Part shown: positions 19,340 through 29,070 of the stretch, one piece after another
Position numbering within the stretch: position 1 is the stretch's first letter
How the letters are laid out: every line of letters starts with the position of its first letter
NCBI GenBank assembly: GCA_937903325.1
Contig: CALCZR010000059.1
Span: forward strand, 65,489 to 129,488
Reading direction: 5' to 3'
From: an uncultured Candidatus Saccharibacteria bacterium
Lineage (GTDB): Bacteria; Patescibacteriota; Saccharimonadia; Saccharimonadales; AWTP1-31
DNA length: 64,000 nucleotides
The notes under the pieces: model-generated
The model's input: only the letters and a program-made list of their open reading frames with translations
Database searches by the model: none
What the model was told of the DNA's origin: nothing
Made by a program: the position numbers and the translations under genes

Positions 19340-21102
19340 TACTTAGTAGTCTCCTTAGCTGTTTTTAATAAAACGTCGAGTCTTTTGGCGGCTTCGAGAA
19401 GCTTCTCCATGTCCGCATCATTTGCCGAGTGCATGGCGGAAGCAAGTCGAGCTTTTTGAGTTTTTACGTATGTTTCTATTCTTCGGATTTGTAATCTGGC
19501 GGCTTCGTAACGAAGCTCTATGACGTCCAGATTCCGATACAGTTCTTCATAAACTAATGACAAAATTGTAACATAATCCCCTACTTCTCGCAATTCCTCA
19601 GGCAAATCTTCAGGGTCGACGTTAAAGTCTGGATTGGTCTTTAAGAACGGCAACAAGGTTTTAGCAGCAGGTTCGATAAACATATCTGTTGTTAACGGCC
19701 CTAAATAGCTCCGTAAGCTGGGTAGATACAGGCTTAACGCGAGTATCTTGTTCTGCACCTTGATATCGTCAGCTCGCTGCTTATCCAGCTTCGGCTGCGT
19801 GGTCATTGCCCGCTTAGGTTTCTCGGCCGCCGGCTTAAAGGTAGCAGTCTTTTCGTGCAGCGCCTGGACACTCACGCCCAGTAGCTTTGCAACCGCATGT
19901 AAGTAATGATCCTTCTCTACACTATCGCTCAGTTGGTTAATGACTGCGAGAACTTTGTCACTGAACTCACGCTTCCCCTGTGCACTGGTTAGGTCCAACT
20001 TCTGTTGGTATCGTTCCATTATCCAGTCCACCGCGTACTGCTGTTTACCCACAGCTTCACGCCACAGTGCGGGATCTTTCTTAACCAGCTCGTCTGGATC
20101 CTTCCCCTCCGGCACGGTTATCATACTGAGACTGACGCCTACCTGGCTCGCAATGGGGATGGCTCGTTCGGTGGCCTTAAGCCCGGCTTCGTCCTGGTCG
20201 AAAGCTAAACGGATATCGTTAGTGAAACGACTGAGAGCTTTGAGATGCGGCTCGGTAAGGGCCGTCCCGGCTGTGGCTACGACATTTATAATTCCCGCTT
20301 GGTGACTGCCAATAACATCGAGGTTTCCTTCAACTACCACTGCGAAGTTCTGTTTACGCAGTGCGTCTTTAGCAAGATGCAGCCCAAACACATGACGGCT
20401 TTTGTCATATACCGGACTCTGGGGCGTATTAATGTACTTTGGGGCATCAGCATTGGCTTCTAGCAGTCTCGCCGTAAAGCCAATAACCCGCCCTTGCGCA
20501 TCTTGTAATGGCACCATAAGACGACCCCGAAACATGTCACCAAACCCGCGGTAGCGCTTCGTGCCAAGACCCGCCTTCTTAATAATCTCTTCGCTAAAGC
20601 CTTTGCCTTTGAGAAAGTTCGTAAGCCCCGCATCTTGGTTTGGGCTATATCCCAGTCGAAATGTCGTAGCCGTTTGCTTAGTAAACTTACGATTCTCGAG
20701 CACGTACTCCAGTGTCGTTTTGCTCCGGCTCAGACACACCTGGTAATACTTAGCCGCCATCTCTAGAGCGCTGTATATTTGTTCTTTTTGCTTGGCCGCC
20801 TGCCCATCCCCCCGCTTCTGGAACTGCGTAAGATCCACGCCCGCCTGACGAGCTAACAGATCAAGGGCGCCCTTGAAGTCCAGGCCATCTACTTCCATGA
20901 CGAAGCTAAACATATCCCCGCCCTTGCCACTACTGAAGTCGTGCCAGATCTGTTTTTCAGGAGAGATCATAAGGCTGGGAGACTTTTCTTGAGAAAAGGG
21001 ACTCAGGGCCTTGAAGTTACGACCAGAGCGCTTTAACTCTAAGTACTGGGATACGACATCCTCAATACTCAGCCTACTCTTGATCTCCTCCACTGCATCC
21101 AT
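19339..21102 (-). CDS. dnaG: DNA primase (zinc-ribbon ligands substituted)
   Basis: 587 aa with TOPRIM motifs [10 protein letters not shown] and FDQDEAG. The N-terminal segment aligns to the primase zinc-binding domain but reads [10 protein letters not shown]...[11 protein letters not shown] instead of CPFHxEKTPS...HCFGCG. Confidence 0.9.
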   Translation of the reverse strand: MDAVEEIKSRLSIEDVVSQYLELKRSGRNFKALSPFSQEKSPSLMISPEKQIWHDFSSGKGGDMFSFVMEVDGLDFKGALDLLARQAGVDLTQFQKRGDGQAAKQKEQIYSALEMAAKYYQVCLSRSKTTLEYVLENRKFTKQTATTFRLGYSPNQDAGLTNFLKGKGFSEEIIKKAGLGTKRYRGFGDMFRGRLMVPLQDAQGRVIGFTARLLEANADAPKYINTPQSPVYDKSRHVFGLHLAKDALRKQNFAVVVEGNLDVIGSHQAGIINVVATAGTALTEPHLKALSRFTNDIRLAFDQDEAGLKATERAIPIASQVGVSLSMITVPEGKDPDELVKKDPALWREAVGKQQYAVDWIMERYQQKLDLTSAQGKREFSDKVLAVINQLSDSVEKDHYLHAVAKLLGVSVQALHEKTATFKPAAEKPKRAMTTQPKLDKQRADDIKVQNKILALSLYLPSLRSYLGPLTTDMFIEPAAKTLLPFLKTNPDFNVDPEDLPEELREVGDYVTILSLVYEELYRNLDVIELRYEAARLQIRRIETYVKTQKARLASAMHSANDADMEKLLEAAKRLDVLLKTAKETTK

Positions 21103-21206
21103 ACCCCTAGTCTAGAGTGAAACACCAAAAGTAGAAAGCACTAGCACTGGTGATAGGTCCTTATACCACTCTCGACTGTTGTCCCGCTCCTTGATATGCT
21201 TATGCT

Positions 21207-21857
21207 ATGCAACCTGAACAGCCCTATACCCCACCTGCTCCGGCTCCGGAGCCGAGTCATCCAAGTCAGTATGACTTCATCATGAACGGTGGGCAGCCAC
21301 AGCCAAAGAGTAAGCTCAGCCTACCAAAGGGAAACGGATCTAAAACTCAGCGTATTCTCATCCTGGTCGGTGGCGGCGCAGTCCTCCTCGTCCTTATCTT
21401 AATGGCCTTCTCACTCTTAACTGCTGGTAGTAAAGGTCAAACCGAGCAACTACTCACGTTAGCTCAAGAGCAGACTGAACTCATTCGTGTTGCTGGCCTT
21501 GCTCAGAGTGAAAAAGCTGTCCGTTCTAGCAGCACTCAGGTCCTCGCCGCCAACACCAGTCTTGCCCTGCAGTCATCTAATAAAGAAGTGTTAGCCCTTC
21601 TTACTAAAGCCAAAGTAAAAACCGACGACAAAATACTCGCCCTCAAGAAAAGCGGTAAAACTGATCTAGCCCTGGAAGAAGCTGCCCAGAACAACCAGTA
21701 CGACGACGTCTTCACCGGGATACTAAAGACAGACCTGAAGGCCTACCAGACACACGTCAAGCAACTGTATAGCACTAGCACCAACAAGGCCCAAAAAGAA
21801 GTCCTCGATGCAGCCTACAGAGGCACCACCATCCTACTCGGTGAGTCAGCAAAATAG
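21207..21857 (+). CDS. single-pass membrane hypothetical protein with Pro-rich N-terminus
   Basis: 216 aa. It has the N-terminus MQPEQPYTPPAPAPEPSHP, a TM helix ILILVGGGAVLLVLILMAFSLL, and a helical extracytoplasmic region. Confidence 0.6.
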   Translation: MQPEQPYTPPAPAPEPSHPSQYDFIMNGGQPQPKSKLSLPKGNGSKTQRILILVGGGAVLLVLILMAFSLLTAGSKGQTEQLLTLAQEQTELIRVAGLAQSEKAVRSSSTQVLAANTSLALQSSNKEVLALLTKAKVKTDDKILALKKSGKTDLALEEAAQNNQYDDVFTGILKTDLKAYQTHVKQLYSTSTNKAQKEVLDAAYRGTTILLGESAK

Positions 21858-21858
21858 C

Positions 21859-22218
21859 TTACTTGATAATCTCTGGGTAGGCGTTCTTGGCACCAGTAAC
21901 AAGGTCATAACTGTGGCGGATGAAGCCTTGGATATCTTCCCACTCAATTTCACCGCTGAGCACAATGGTATTCCAATGCTTTTTGTTAAGGTGGTAGCCT
22001 TCCATGACGGTAACGTACTTTTCTCGCAGAATCTTAGCTAGTTCTGGATTACACTTCAGACTAATCCGCACCGGGTTAGTCTTCTCAGGAATGAGCGCAA
22101 ACATCTTGTCTTCACCGTCTACGGGGACCTTATATACCGCCACGTCTTCACCAAACGGATAGTCTAGCTTAGCGTTCGGCATAGACAGAACATATTCTTC
22201 TACTTGCTTATGATTCAT
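21859..22218 (-). CDS. MmcQ/YjbR family DNA-binding protein
   Basis: 119 aa. YPFGEDVAVYKV...KMFALI...ISLKCNPELAKILREKY...GYHLNKKHWNTI matches the YjbR family pattern. Confidence 0.7.
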   Translation of the reverse strand: MNHKQVEEYVLSMPNAKLDYPFGEDVAVYKVPVDGEDKMFALIPEKTNPVRISLKCNPELAKILREKYVTVMEGYHLNKKHWNTIVLSGEIEWEDIQGFIRHSYDLVTGAKNAYPEIIK

Positions 22219-22753
22219 GACTCAGTTTCTTTAAATACGCCTGTAATTCACTAATGGAAGCCTGGATATCATCCAACGCTCGGTGATTGCTGTCCTTATC
22301 GTGCACATAGCCGTATTTGCCCTGCATGATAATCTTGAGACTACTGACATCTACCATGCGGTAATGCAGCAAAGCCTCTACTTCTGGCCACCACTGCTTA
22401 ATAAACATGCGGTCGCTATAGATTGTGTTGCCAGCAAGAATAGCCATTTCTTCACCAAACTGGGCCTTGATGAGGCCAATAACTTCACCAATAACCTCTT
22501 GTTCCGTTTTCTTGCTAGACCTAACCTTAGCAGTTAGTCCGCTCGCTGAGTGCTGAGAGGCAGCCCATGGATTCATGTTCTTAACTACTTCATCAGACTG
22601 GTGAATTACCGCCTCATAGCGATCCAGAACCTTGAAGTCAAAGTCAGTTACTTCAATGGCAACTTCAATGATCCGGTCCTTGGTAACTTCCAGTCCGGTC
22701 ATCTCTAGATCCACCCACAACAGCTTGGTGGGAATAGTATTTTTATCCAGCAT
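22208..22753 (-). CDS. orn: oligoribonuclease
   Basis: 181 aa with the DEDDh exonuclease motifs LLWVDLEMTGL, GNTIYSDRMFI and HRALDDI. Confidence 0.85.
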   Translation of the reverse strand: MLDKNTIPTKLLWVDLEMTGLEVTKDRIIEVAIEVTDFDFKVLDRYEAVIHQSDEVVKNMNPWAASQHSASGLTAKVRSSKKTEQEVIGEVIGLIKAQFGEEMAILAGNTIYSDRMFIKQWWPEVEALLHYRMVDVSSLKIIMQGKYGYVHDKDSNHRALDDIQASISELQAYLKKLSHES

Positions 22754-22790
22754 ACTGGCTATTGTACAAGTAACCCCGTAAAAATCGCAA

Positions 22791-23372
22791 TTACTGTCGT
22801 GCTGCAGTCAGTGCGTCAGCGTACCATTTGAGGCTGGTAAGCATACCATCAAGTGAAGATTTAGGGCCACCTGGCTTATTTGCGAGCTCATCAGCTATCT
22901 CGCCTTCCTCGCTGACCACTTCACTCACGCGGTGCGCAAAGTACACGGCTTGTGGAATAGTAATCGTCAATAAACCGGGGACAATACCACGCAGGTGTCC
23001 AACGGCCTGGCCGCCGCCACTGCTTCCGTGAGCAACCAAACCAACTGGCTTGTTCTGTAATTGGTAATCAACGTAATCAAGAGCGTTCTTAAGAACGGCT
23101 GACGTGGAACGGTTATATTCAGGCGTAACGAGCACATAGGCATCTGCTTCTGCGAGCTTATCTAGCCACTTCTTGGCAACAGGGTTTGGCTTACGCTCTG
23201 GGTTGTACTGAGGAGAAATGGGCTCATCTAGTAGTGGAAGGTCGTAGTCGCGGAGATCCACAATCTCTACTTCAGTATCCTCTAGTTTGCCGGCATGATT
23301 TGCTACCCACTTAGCTAATTTATCTGTTTGACGTTCTGGGCGCGTGCTGCCCACAATAACTTGTACTTTCAT
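22791..23372 (-). CDS. NADPH-dependent FMN reductase family protein
   Basis: 193 aa. MKVQVIVGSTRPERQT and VLVTPEYNRSTSAVLKNALD are typical of the family (PF03358-like). It is divergent from an HxlR regulator. Confidence 0.8.
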   Translation of the reverse strand: MKVQVIVGSTRPERQTDKLAKWVANHAGKLEDTEVEIVDLRDYDLPLLDEPISPQYNPERKPNPVAKKWLDKLAEADAYVLVTPEYNRSTSAVLKNALDYVDYQLQNKPVGLVAHGSSGGGQAVGHLRGIVPGLLTITIPQAVYFAHRVSEVVSEEGEIADELANKPGGPKSSLDGMLTSLKWYADALTAARQ

Positions 23373-23446
23373 CTGTTATACCTCTATGCTATACTTTTTA
23401 TAGTTAGTAATATCAACTATAAAGACATTACTATACTTTGTAAAGT

Positions 23447-23785
23447 ATGAAATTATCTCGCACCCCTAAAGTCGTAAAACTAGAGCCAAAAGATGGCTGC
23501 ATTGCCTGTGCTGCCAATATCCTCGGCAGCAAGTGGACGGCCCTTATCCTCCGCGACCTTAGTGCCAGCCCTAAGCGCTTCAAAGACTTCGAATCATCCC
23601 TTAAAGGCATAAGTCCTCGTACCCTCTCGCAGCGTCTCGACGAGCTTGAGACAGAAGGTATTATTACCAAGAAGATATATGCCGAAGTCCCCCCACGCGT
23701 TGAATACACTCTGACTACCAAGGGTCACGACCTTATGCCTATCCTTAAGCAGATGGCTGCTTGGGGTCTCAAGTACTCGGGCTAA
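23447..23785 (+). CDS. HxlR family transcriptional regulator
   Basis: 112 aa. CAANILGSKWTALILRDL...ISPRTLSQRLDELETEGIITKKIY...RVEYTLTTKG is the winged-helix HxlR pattern. Confidence 0.85.
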   Translation: MKLSRTPKVVKLEPKDGCIACAANILGSKWTALILRDLSASPKRFKDFESSLKGISPRTLSQRLDELETEGIITKKIYAEVPPRVEYTLTTKGHDLMPILKQMAAWGLKYSG

Positions 23786-24237
23786 GAAACAGCCGCCTGC
23801 TGACCTTCATCAGGAAGTGGTGGATACAGCCGAATAACCTCTGCCATTTGCTGGCCCGGCTGGCCGAGTATTAACTCACAGAGCGCCTTACCCAAGGCCG
23901 CGTATGCCTCATCTTCTCCAGCGTCTACTACCGCGGTTTTCACCTCTTCCACCTCAATGGCATGCTCAGGCCTGGCATGCCATTGCCTTGGTGCAAACGT
24001 ATCGCTTCTGTCTACTACCTCATCAAAGTTGGAGACCTCTTCAAATGGATGTATATCAAGTGCTCGTAGCTCACGTACAGCCCGTCCTACTTCACGAAGA
24101 TCATAGAAGTTCTTGCTACACGCCCAGCGCGTAAGTACCCTGTCTAGATGCAAGTCCACACCAAAGGGACTAAGATTTGTATATTCTTGCTCTATTGCTC
24201 GTACACGCTGCGACTGAACACGTTGTCTGATACCCAT
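23782..24237 (-). CDS. hypothetical protein
   Basis: 151-aa ORF with an ATG start and no recognisable motif. It overlaps the convergent HxlR gene by 4 nt (CTAA). Confidence 0.45.
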   Translation of the reverse strand: MGIRQRVQSQRVRAIEQEYTNLSPFGVDLHLDRVLTRWACSKNFYDLREVGRAVRELRALDIHPFEEVSNFDEVVDRSDTFAPRQWHARPEHAIEVEEVKTAVVDAGEDEAYAALGKALCELILGQPGQQMAEVIRLYPPLPDEGQQAAVS

Positions 24238-24295
24238 ATGGTAGCCTCACATCTGATAAAAGATGTATCATACACTAATATTTACAGCGTGTCCA

Positions 24296-24676
24296 TCATT
24301 CGGCCTTGAAGTCAAGCGCCAGAGAGTTTATACAATATCGTTGCCCAGTTGGTTGGTCGTAGGCATCATCAAAAAGGTGTCCTAGGTGGCTGCCGCAGTT
24401 GCCGCAAACTACCTCCGTCCGTTTCATACCATGCGAGTCGTCTACTACAAGCTTTACCGCCCCGGTTTTGGCAACATCATAGAAACTGGGCCAGCCACTA
24501 CCTGAGTCGAATTTCGTATCACTGCTAAATAGCTGATTACCACATGCCGCGCAGGCGTAACCGCCCTTCTCCTTGTTATGGAGTAATTTGCCCGTAAACG
24601 GTGCTTCGGTAGCCTTGTTACGTAGCACTGCGTATTGTTCATCTGTAAGTTTATCTGCCCACTCGTCCTTAGTCAT
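24296..24676 (-). CDS. msrB: peptide-methionine (R)-S-oxide reductase
   Basis: 126 aa with the zinc CxxC pairs (CAACGNQLF, CGNCGSHLGHLF) and the catalytic region RYCINS. Confidence 0.9.
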   Translation of the reverse strand: MTKDEWADKLTDEQYAVLRNKATEAPFTGKLLHNKEKGGYACAACGNQLFSSDTKFDSGSGWPSFYDVAKTGAVKLVVDDSHGMKRTEVVCGNCGSHLGHLFDDAYDQPTGQRYCINSLALDFKAE

Positions 24677-24697
24677 ACTCCCATTCTACACCCGCCA

Positions 24698-25777
24698 TCA
24701 ACTTGCGGCAGCAAGTCGCTGGTCTCGCTCTTCCTTAATCGACTTCCCCAGCAGTCGTGCAATGATAGCCATGCGCATTGGTATCATGTCAGCCATTTGC
24801 TGCACATCAGAGGCTCGTGGGTCCATATCTATACTTGGGTCCAACTCGTGTCGGCGAGGCCTTGGGTGCATTACTATGGCATCCTTGTGCATTTGTTGGA
24901 GGCGCCGACGATCCACCACCCATTTGGTGTAGTCATGTGCAAGCTGTTTAGACCTCTCCCGTTCCGTTATATTATCGCCACTATATTCATCTGGATTCCG
25001 CCCTATATATAGAATGTCAGCTCGCTGCATCGCTGCATCGAGGTCATCTGTTCGTTCCAGATTAGCCCCGCCTAATCGCGTGAAGTCGTCTGGCACCGGT
25101 GCAACCATGGACTCTACAGCGATCACCTTGATACCCAGTATGCTAGCACCGATCATCAGAGAGTGATGGGCGCGGTACCGTTCATGATCACCCACTAGAG
25201 CCATGGTTAAACCTTCGAAGGTACCGAACTTCTTGAAGATAGTAAACAGATCACCGAGTGCCTGGGTTGGGTGCTCATTGGTACCATCGCCAAGGTTAAT
25301 AACCGGTACATGACCTACTAGCTTTCTGTCTCTCCGGGCCATGTTAATCACCTGAGCGGCGGTTGCGGGACCACCAACCCTATCTGTTCGCGTTCCAATA
25401 ATATCTGCCTGGGTTGCGAAGGCTATCCAGGAATCCGCCTGGGTCTCGCCCTTACCTTCCGAAGAAGCTTCCATGCCGCTAATCACCTGAGCACCTCCTC
25501 CCAGCTTGTGCATAGCCGTGGCCATGCTACCGCCGGTACGCGTAGATGGCTGGCGCATCACGGCCTTCAGTTCAGTGAGTGGCAAGATGTTAACTCCTCG
25601 CTCAGCAGGATTGCGCACAGCCTCTTCCGCCGCCTGAGCATCCGCCAACAGCAGATGTATATCGCCAGCTGTTAGCTGGTGCATAGACAACAGATGCCGG
25701 TCTGTAAAGTCACCATTGAACCTTGTAAACACATTCCCCATGCCGCTTCGTCCTTCTTGCACTACTTCCATGTTCAC
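24698..25777 (-). CDS. aspartate/ornithine carbamoyltransferase family protein (divergent)
   Basis: 359 aa. The carbamoyl-phosphate motif reads PSTRTGGS rather than the canonical STRTR. It also has HPTQALGDLFT and a C-terminal MHPRPRRHEL, which is closer to ATCase HPLPR than to OTCase HCLP. Confidence 0.7.
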   Translation of the reverse strand: MNMEVVQEGRSGMGNVFTRFNGDFTDRHLLSMHQLTAGDIHLLLADAQAAEEAVRNPAERGVNILPLTELKAVMRQPSTRTGGSMATAMHKLGGGAQVISGMEASSEGKGETQADSWIAFATQADIIGTRTDRVGGPATAAQVINMARRDRKLVGHVPVINLGDGTNEHPTQALGDLFTIFKKFGTFEGLTMALVGDHERYRAHHSLMIGASILGIKVIAVESMVAPVPDDFTRLGGANLERTDDLDAAMQRADILYIGRNPDEYSGDNITERERSKQLAHDYTKWVVDRRRLQQMHKDAIVMHPRPRRHELDPSIDMDPRASDVQQMADMIPMRMAIIARLLGKSIKEERDQRLAAAS

Positions 25778-25795
25778 TCCTTATTTAAAAGACAT

Positions 25796-25822
25796 AAAAA
25801 AACCGCCAGATTTCTCTGACGG
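25796..25822 (-). terminator. intrinsic terminator downstream of mscL
   Basis: On the minus strand the sequence reads CCGTCAGA-GAAA-TCTGGCGG followed by a run of T. This is an 8-bp stem including one G-U pair, about 94 nt after the mscL stop. Confidence 0.6.
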
Positions 25823-25915
25823 CTTATGTGCCTGGTAAATGGTGTGGATTTTTTCTCGGCATACACGCCTCCTTTCCAGGAGGCCTATTTGAAGTGCCCT
25901 AGGTACTTAGTATAC

Positions 25916-26248
25916 CTATTTATCCTTCTTCCTGTCTAATTTATCTAGCTTGAGTCCATGCACCACATAGTAGATAACAGCCGCAACAGCAACTAAAGTA
26001 ATGAGTGCTGACACAATACCACCCCAACCGAAGACAAGCTGTCGATCTGCACCCTTATATACTGTCCAGGTAGCAGACTCAAGGCCCTTAGTGTCCCCTA
26101 CGATAAAGCTAACCACTGGGTTGATAAGCCCCTTAACAAGAGCTTCTACTGCCTTACCTGCTTGGGTACCGATTGCTAGACCAACAGCCAAGCCGATCAC
26201 ACCTTGCTCACGGACAAAGTCCATGAAACCTTTTAGTTGTTTGTTCAT
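25916..26248 (-). CDS. mscL: large-conductance mechanosensitive channel (short form)
   Basis: 110 aa. The N-terminus KGFMDFVREQGVIGLAVGLAIGTQAGKAVEALVKGLINPVV matches the MscL TM1 region, and a second TM helix is present. Confidence 0.8.
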   Translation of the reverse strand: MNKQLKGFMDFVREQGVIGLAVGLAIGTQAGKAVEALVKGLINPVVSFIVGDTKGLESATWTVYKGADRQLVFGWGGIVSALITLVAVAAVIYYVVHGLKLDKLDRKKDK

Positions 26249-26261
26249 ACTAACTCCTTAT

Positions 26262-26669
26262 TTATCCTAATATCTTTGTATACAGCAAATGCGCTAGTGT
26301 AGCAACTGCACCGCTCACAACTGTGCCCCATATAAGATCTATGATGACGATCTTCAAAGGAAAACCCTTCAACGTAGCATAGTTAGTTAGGTCATATGTG
26401 GCATAGGTTATGAATCCGAACATCGCACCCCTCTGCAGCGTATAGCCCACGCTATCTGCCTGGATACCGGCGCTGACTGCAAAGTAGACCAGGAAGCCAA
26501 CGAACAAACAGTAAAAGAGTGCCGCCGCACCCCACTTAACGTTATTGGTCATTAGGCCTTTGAGCTCAGTGGCATAGAGCTTTTTAGCCACTACCCCGAG
26601 CCACAGCCCATCTAATAGTAAAAATAGCCCGAGTGCTACTGCGTACAATGCTGGATAGTTAGTCTTCAT
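26262..26669 (-). CDS. DUF2177-like integral membrane protein
   Basis: 135 aa with four predicted TM helices. The N-terminal LLLDGLWLGVVAKKLY resembles DUF2177 as I recall it. Confidence 0.55.
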   Translation of the reverse strand: MKTNYPALYAVALGLFLLLDGLWLGVVAKKLYATELKGLMTNNVKWGAAALFYCLFVGFLVYFAVSAGIQADSVGYTLQRGAMFGFITYATYDLTNYATLKGFPLKIVIIDLIWGTVVSGAVATLAHLLYTKILG

Positions 26670-26678
26670 ATTGTTATT

Positions 26679-27386
26679 CTACCTCTTCTGTAAATATAGC
26701 GCGCGAGTTGTGGGGTCAAGATGCTCAATTGCATACCGAAGTGCAGTCCGGGGCATCTGGGCGGCATGCTCGTCCAAGAATTCAATCAGCAGGGCCCGGT
26801 CATTACGCTTCCCTACTTCACGGAGCATCCACCCTGTCGCCTTATGGATATAGTGATGCGTATCAGTAAGGTATCGCTCGGCCAATACTAACGTCCAGGT
26901 AGGATCGCCATGCTGAATAAAGTAGAATGTCCCGACAATGGCAATACGTCGTTCCCAGATGTTCTTAGAAACCGACAGTGTATTCAGTATCGACTTATCT
27001 TCCTTGTCGAACAAATAAGCCCCCACTATATCCCGACAACTTGAATCTACAAGATCCCAATTGTTGACCCACTTAGTATTCTTGAGGTACAGGTCATAGA
27101 TCTCTTTCTTGGTAGCGTCGTCACCCTTTTGGAACTGCAACACCCAGATCATGAGCGCCGTTAAGCGTTCTTCATGTATTGGTGAGTGAAGCAGTTTCAA
27201 CACTTCCTTGGGAGTAAGTTGCTTGAAATACTCTTTAGTAATAACTCGCTGTTTTGGAACTGTAACCCCTAGGAATTCATCCTTGTCTCCCGGCCGCAGC
27301 TTAAAGAAGTGCGGAAAGAAGTCGGCCTTACTCGGATCAGAGGCATCACGGAGAGCCTGCTGAATTTGGACAATAACATCACTCAT
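26679..27386 (-). CDS. DNA alkylation repair protein (AlkD-like HEAT-repeat family)
   Basis: 235 aa with FLGVTVPKQRVITKEY and NNWDLVDSSCRDIVGAYL, which are characteristic of the family. Confidence 0.75.
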   Translation of the reverse strand: MSDVIVQIQQALRDASDPSKADFFPHFFKLRPGDKDEFLGVTVPKQRVITKEYFKQLTPKEVLKLLHSPIHEERLTALMIWVLQFQKGDDATKKEIYDLYLKNTKWVNNWDLVDSSCRDIVGAYLFDKEDKSILNTLSVSKNIWERRIAIVGTFYFIQHGDPTWTLVLAERYLTDTHHYIHKATGWMLREVGKRNDRALLIEFLDEHAAQMPRTALRYAIEHLDPTTRALYLQKR

Positions 27387-29044
27387 TACATTTTCTCTGG
27401 TGCGTTAATTCCAAGTAACCCAAGACCATTACTGAGCACATCTGCGTGCTGCTGCACAAGGTAAAGCCGTTCGGCTTCTCGGGCATCACCAATAACCCGA
27501 TTCTTCTCATAAAAGCGGTTAAACGCTTGAGCCAGTTCATATAGATAGGTACAAACGAGGTGCGGCAGTAACTCTTCGGTGGCTTTGGCCACCACGTCAA
27601 TGTATTCAGAGAGTTTGACTACAAGATCACGCTCACCCTGATCAAGGTCAGCAACGGTGCTAGCCATTGTATCTGTTTTAGCCAAGATACTCCGCGCCCT
27701 AGCATGAGCATATTGCAAATATGGTCCGCTATTTCCTTCCAGGCTAACTGACTCTTCTGGGTTGTAGATAATATCTCCGCCGGTGCGGACTTTGAGGAAG
27801 GCATATTTCACGGCACCGAGAGTGGTTGGTTCATCCCCACGCTCGTTGGCTTCTTGGGCTGCATCTAGCACGTCTACGGCGCGCAGAATATTGCCTTTAC
27901 GGCTGCTCATCTTTACCCCACCCTGCAACTTTACCAGGCCGTGAGTAATATGAGAGGTGGCAGCTACTAGTTCTGGTTCAAATTGTTCAATAGCCTTGAG
28001 TACCACGGCCATGTACTGCTCTTGCTCATTGCCCGTAATAACGACTGACCTATCGAAATTGTAGTCACGGCTTTTAGTCATAATTAGGCCAACGTCTTTG
28101 GCCTCATAGGTTGGCAGACCTTCGCGGTTAACAAATACACGGGTGTGCAGACCATACGGTTCGCCCCTGAATACAATGGCACCATCTGAATCTTCGAAGA
28201 TACCTTTTTGGTGGTGCTTCATGACTGTTTGTAGCCCGAGATCGGCAACAGTGCTCTCTGGGTAGTATTTCTCGAACTTGCTTCCAATCCGGTCGTAGAA
28301 CGCATCAAAGTACTCGTAGCTCCATTGCCGTGTCGTCCAGTAAATTTGTGCGAAGGGGCTTTCGTGGTCGTCTTCGTTGTGTAGTTGGTATACTCGCTTG
28401 TTTAGGGCAATGATATCCGCCTTGGCGGCCTCATCATCTTCATACGCATTAGTGCCAGATATGTAGCACTTAGCAAGCCATTCGGAATGTTGGTCGGTAG
28501 CAATACCGTCCAACTTCTCTGGGAGTTCACCGCCTAGATCCTGCAAGATAGCCCACATGGTCTTACCAACATGTAATCCTACGTCTCCACCAAAGTTAAC
28601 TCGGTGTACGCTTGCCCCAGCAGACTCGAGCAGGTTAGATATGGCATCCCCCACTACACTGGTGTACAGATGTCCAGCGTGCAGCACCTTAAAGGGATTC
28701 GGGTCAGAATACTCAGTTACAACTACTTTGCTCGCTAGCACCTGTGGCAAGTCGGTTACCTTGGCAAGTCGTTCCAGTAGTACTGCATCCGTCAGACGGA
28801 TATTAATAAAGCCTGGACCGGCTACTGAAACCTCTGAAATAATTTCAGACAATTCCTCTCGCAGTGCCTCAGCAAGTTGCTCGGCAATTTCTCGGGGGTT
28901 CTTAGCCACTTGGTTGGCAAGCTGCATAGCGATATTGGTAGCAAAGTCTCCAAACTCTGGGTCGGGACGTGTTAAAGATACCTCGGCCGTTACGTTAAAG
29001 ACCCCTCGAACTACTTGCTCGATACCTTGTTGTAGATTCTCCAT
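27386..29044 (-). CDS. argS: arginine--tRNA ligase
   Basis: 552 aa with a class I HIGH-type motif (HAGHLYTSVVGD), a KMSK-like VKMSSRKG and the DALR anticodon-binding C-terminus. Confidence 0.95.
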   Translation of the reverse strand: MENLQQGIEQVVRGVFNVTAEVSLTRPDPEFGDFATNIAMQLANQVAKNPREIAEQLAEALREELSEIISEVSVAGPGFINIRLTDAVLLERLAKVTDLPQVLASKVVVTEYSDPNPFKVLHAGHLYTSVVGDAISNLLESAGASVHRVNFGGDVGLHVGKTMWAILQDLGGELPEKLDGIATDQHSEWLAKCYISGTNAYEDDEAAKADIIALNKRVYQLHNEDDHESPFAQIYWTTRQWSYEYFDAFYDRIGSKFEKYYPESTVADLGLQTVMKHHQKGIFEDSDGAIVFRGEPYGLHTRVFVNREGLPTYEAKDVGLIMTKSRDYNFDRSVVITGNEQEQYMAVVLKAIEQFEPELVAATSHITHGLVKLQGGVKMSSRKGNILRAVDVLDAAQEANERGDEPTTLGAVKYAFLKVRTGGDIIYNPEESVSLEGNSGPYLQYAHARARSILAKTDTMASTVADLDQGERDLVVKLSEYIDVVAKATEELLPHLVCTYLYELAQAFNRFYEKNRVIGDAREAERLYLVQQHADVLSNGLGLLGINAPEKM

Positions 29045-29070
29045 TAGGCTTATTTTACCCTGTTAACCCA

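Noticed and set aside
25868-25885. The perfect 6-bp inverted repeat GCCTCC-TTTCCA-GGAGGC between mscL and the carbamoyltransferase gene, as a regulatory element.
   Set aside because: The stem is short with no adjacent T-run or promoter context. It could simply be part of the mscL 3' UTR, and the evidence is too thin to call.
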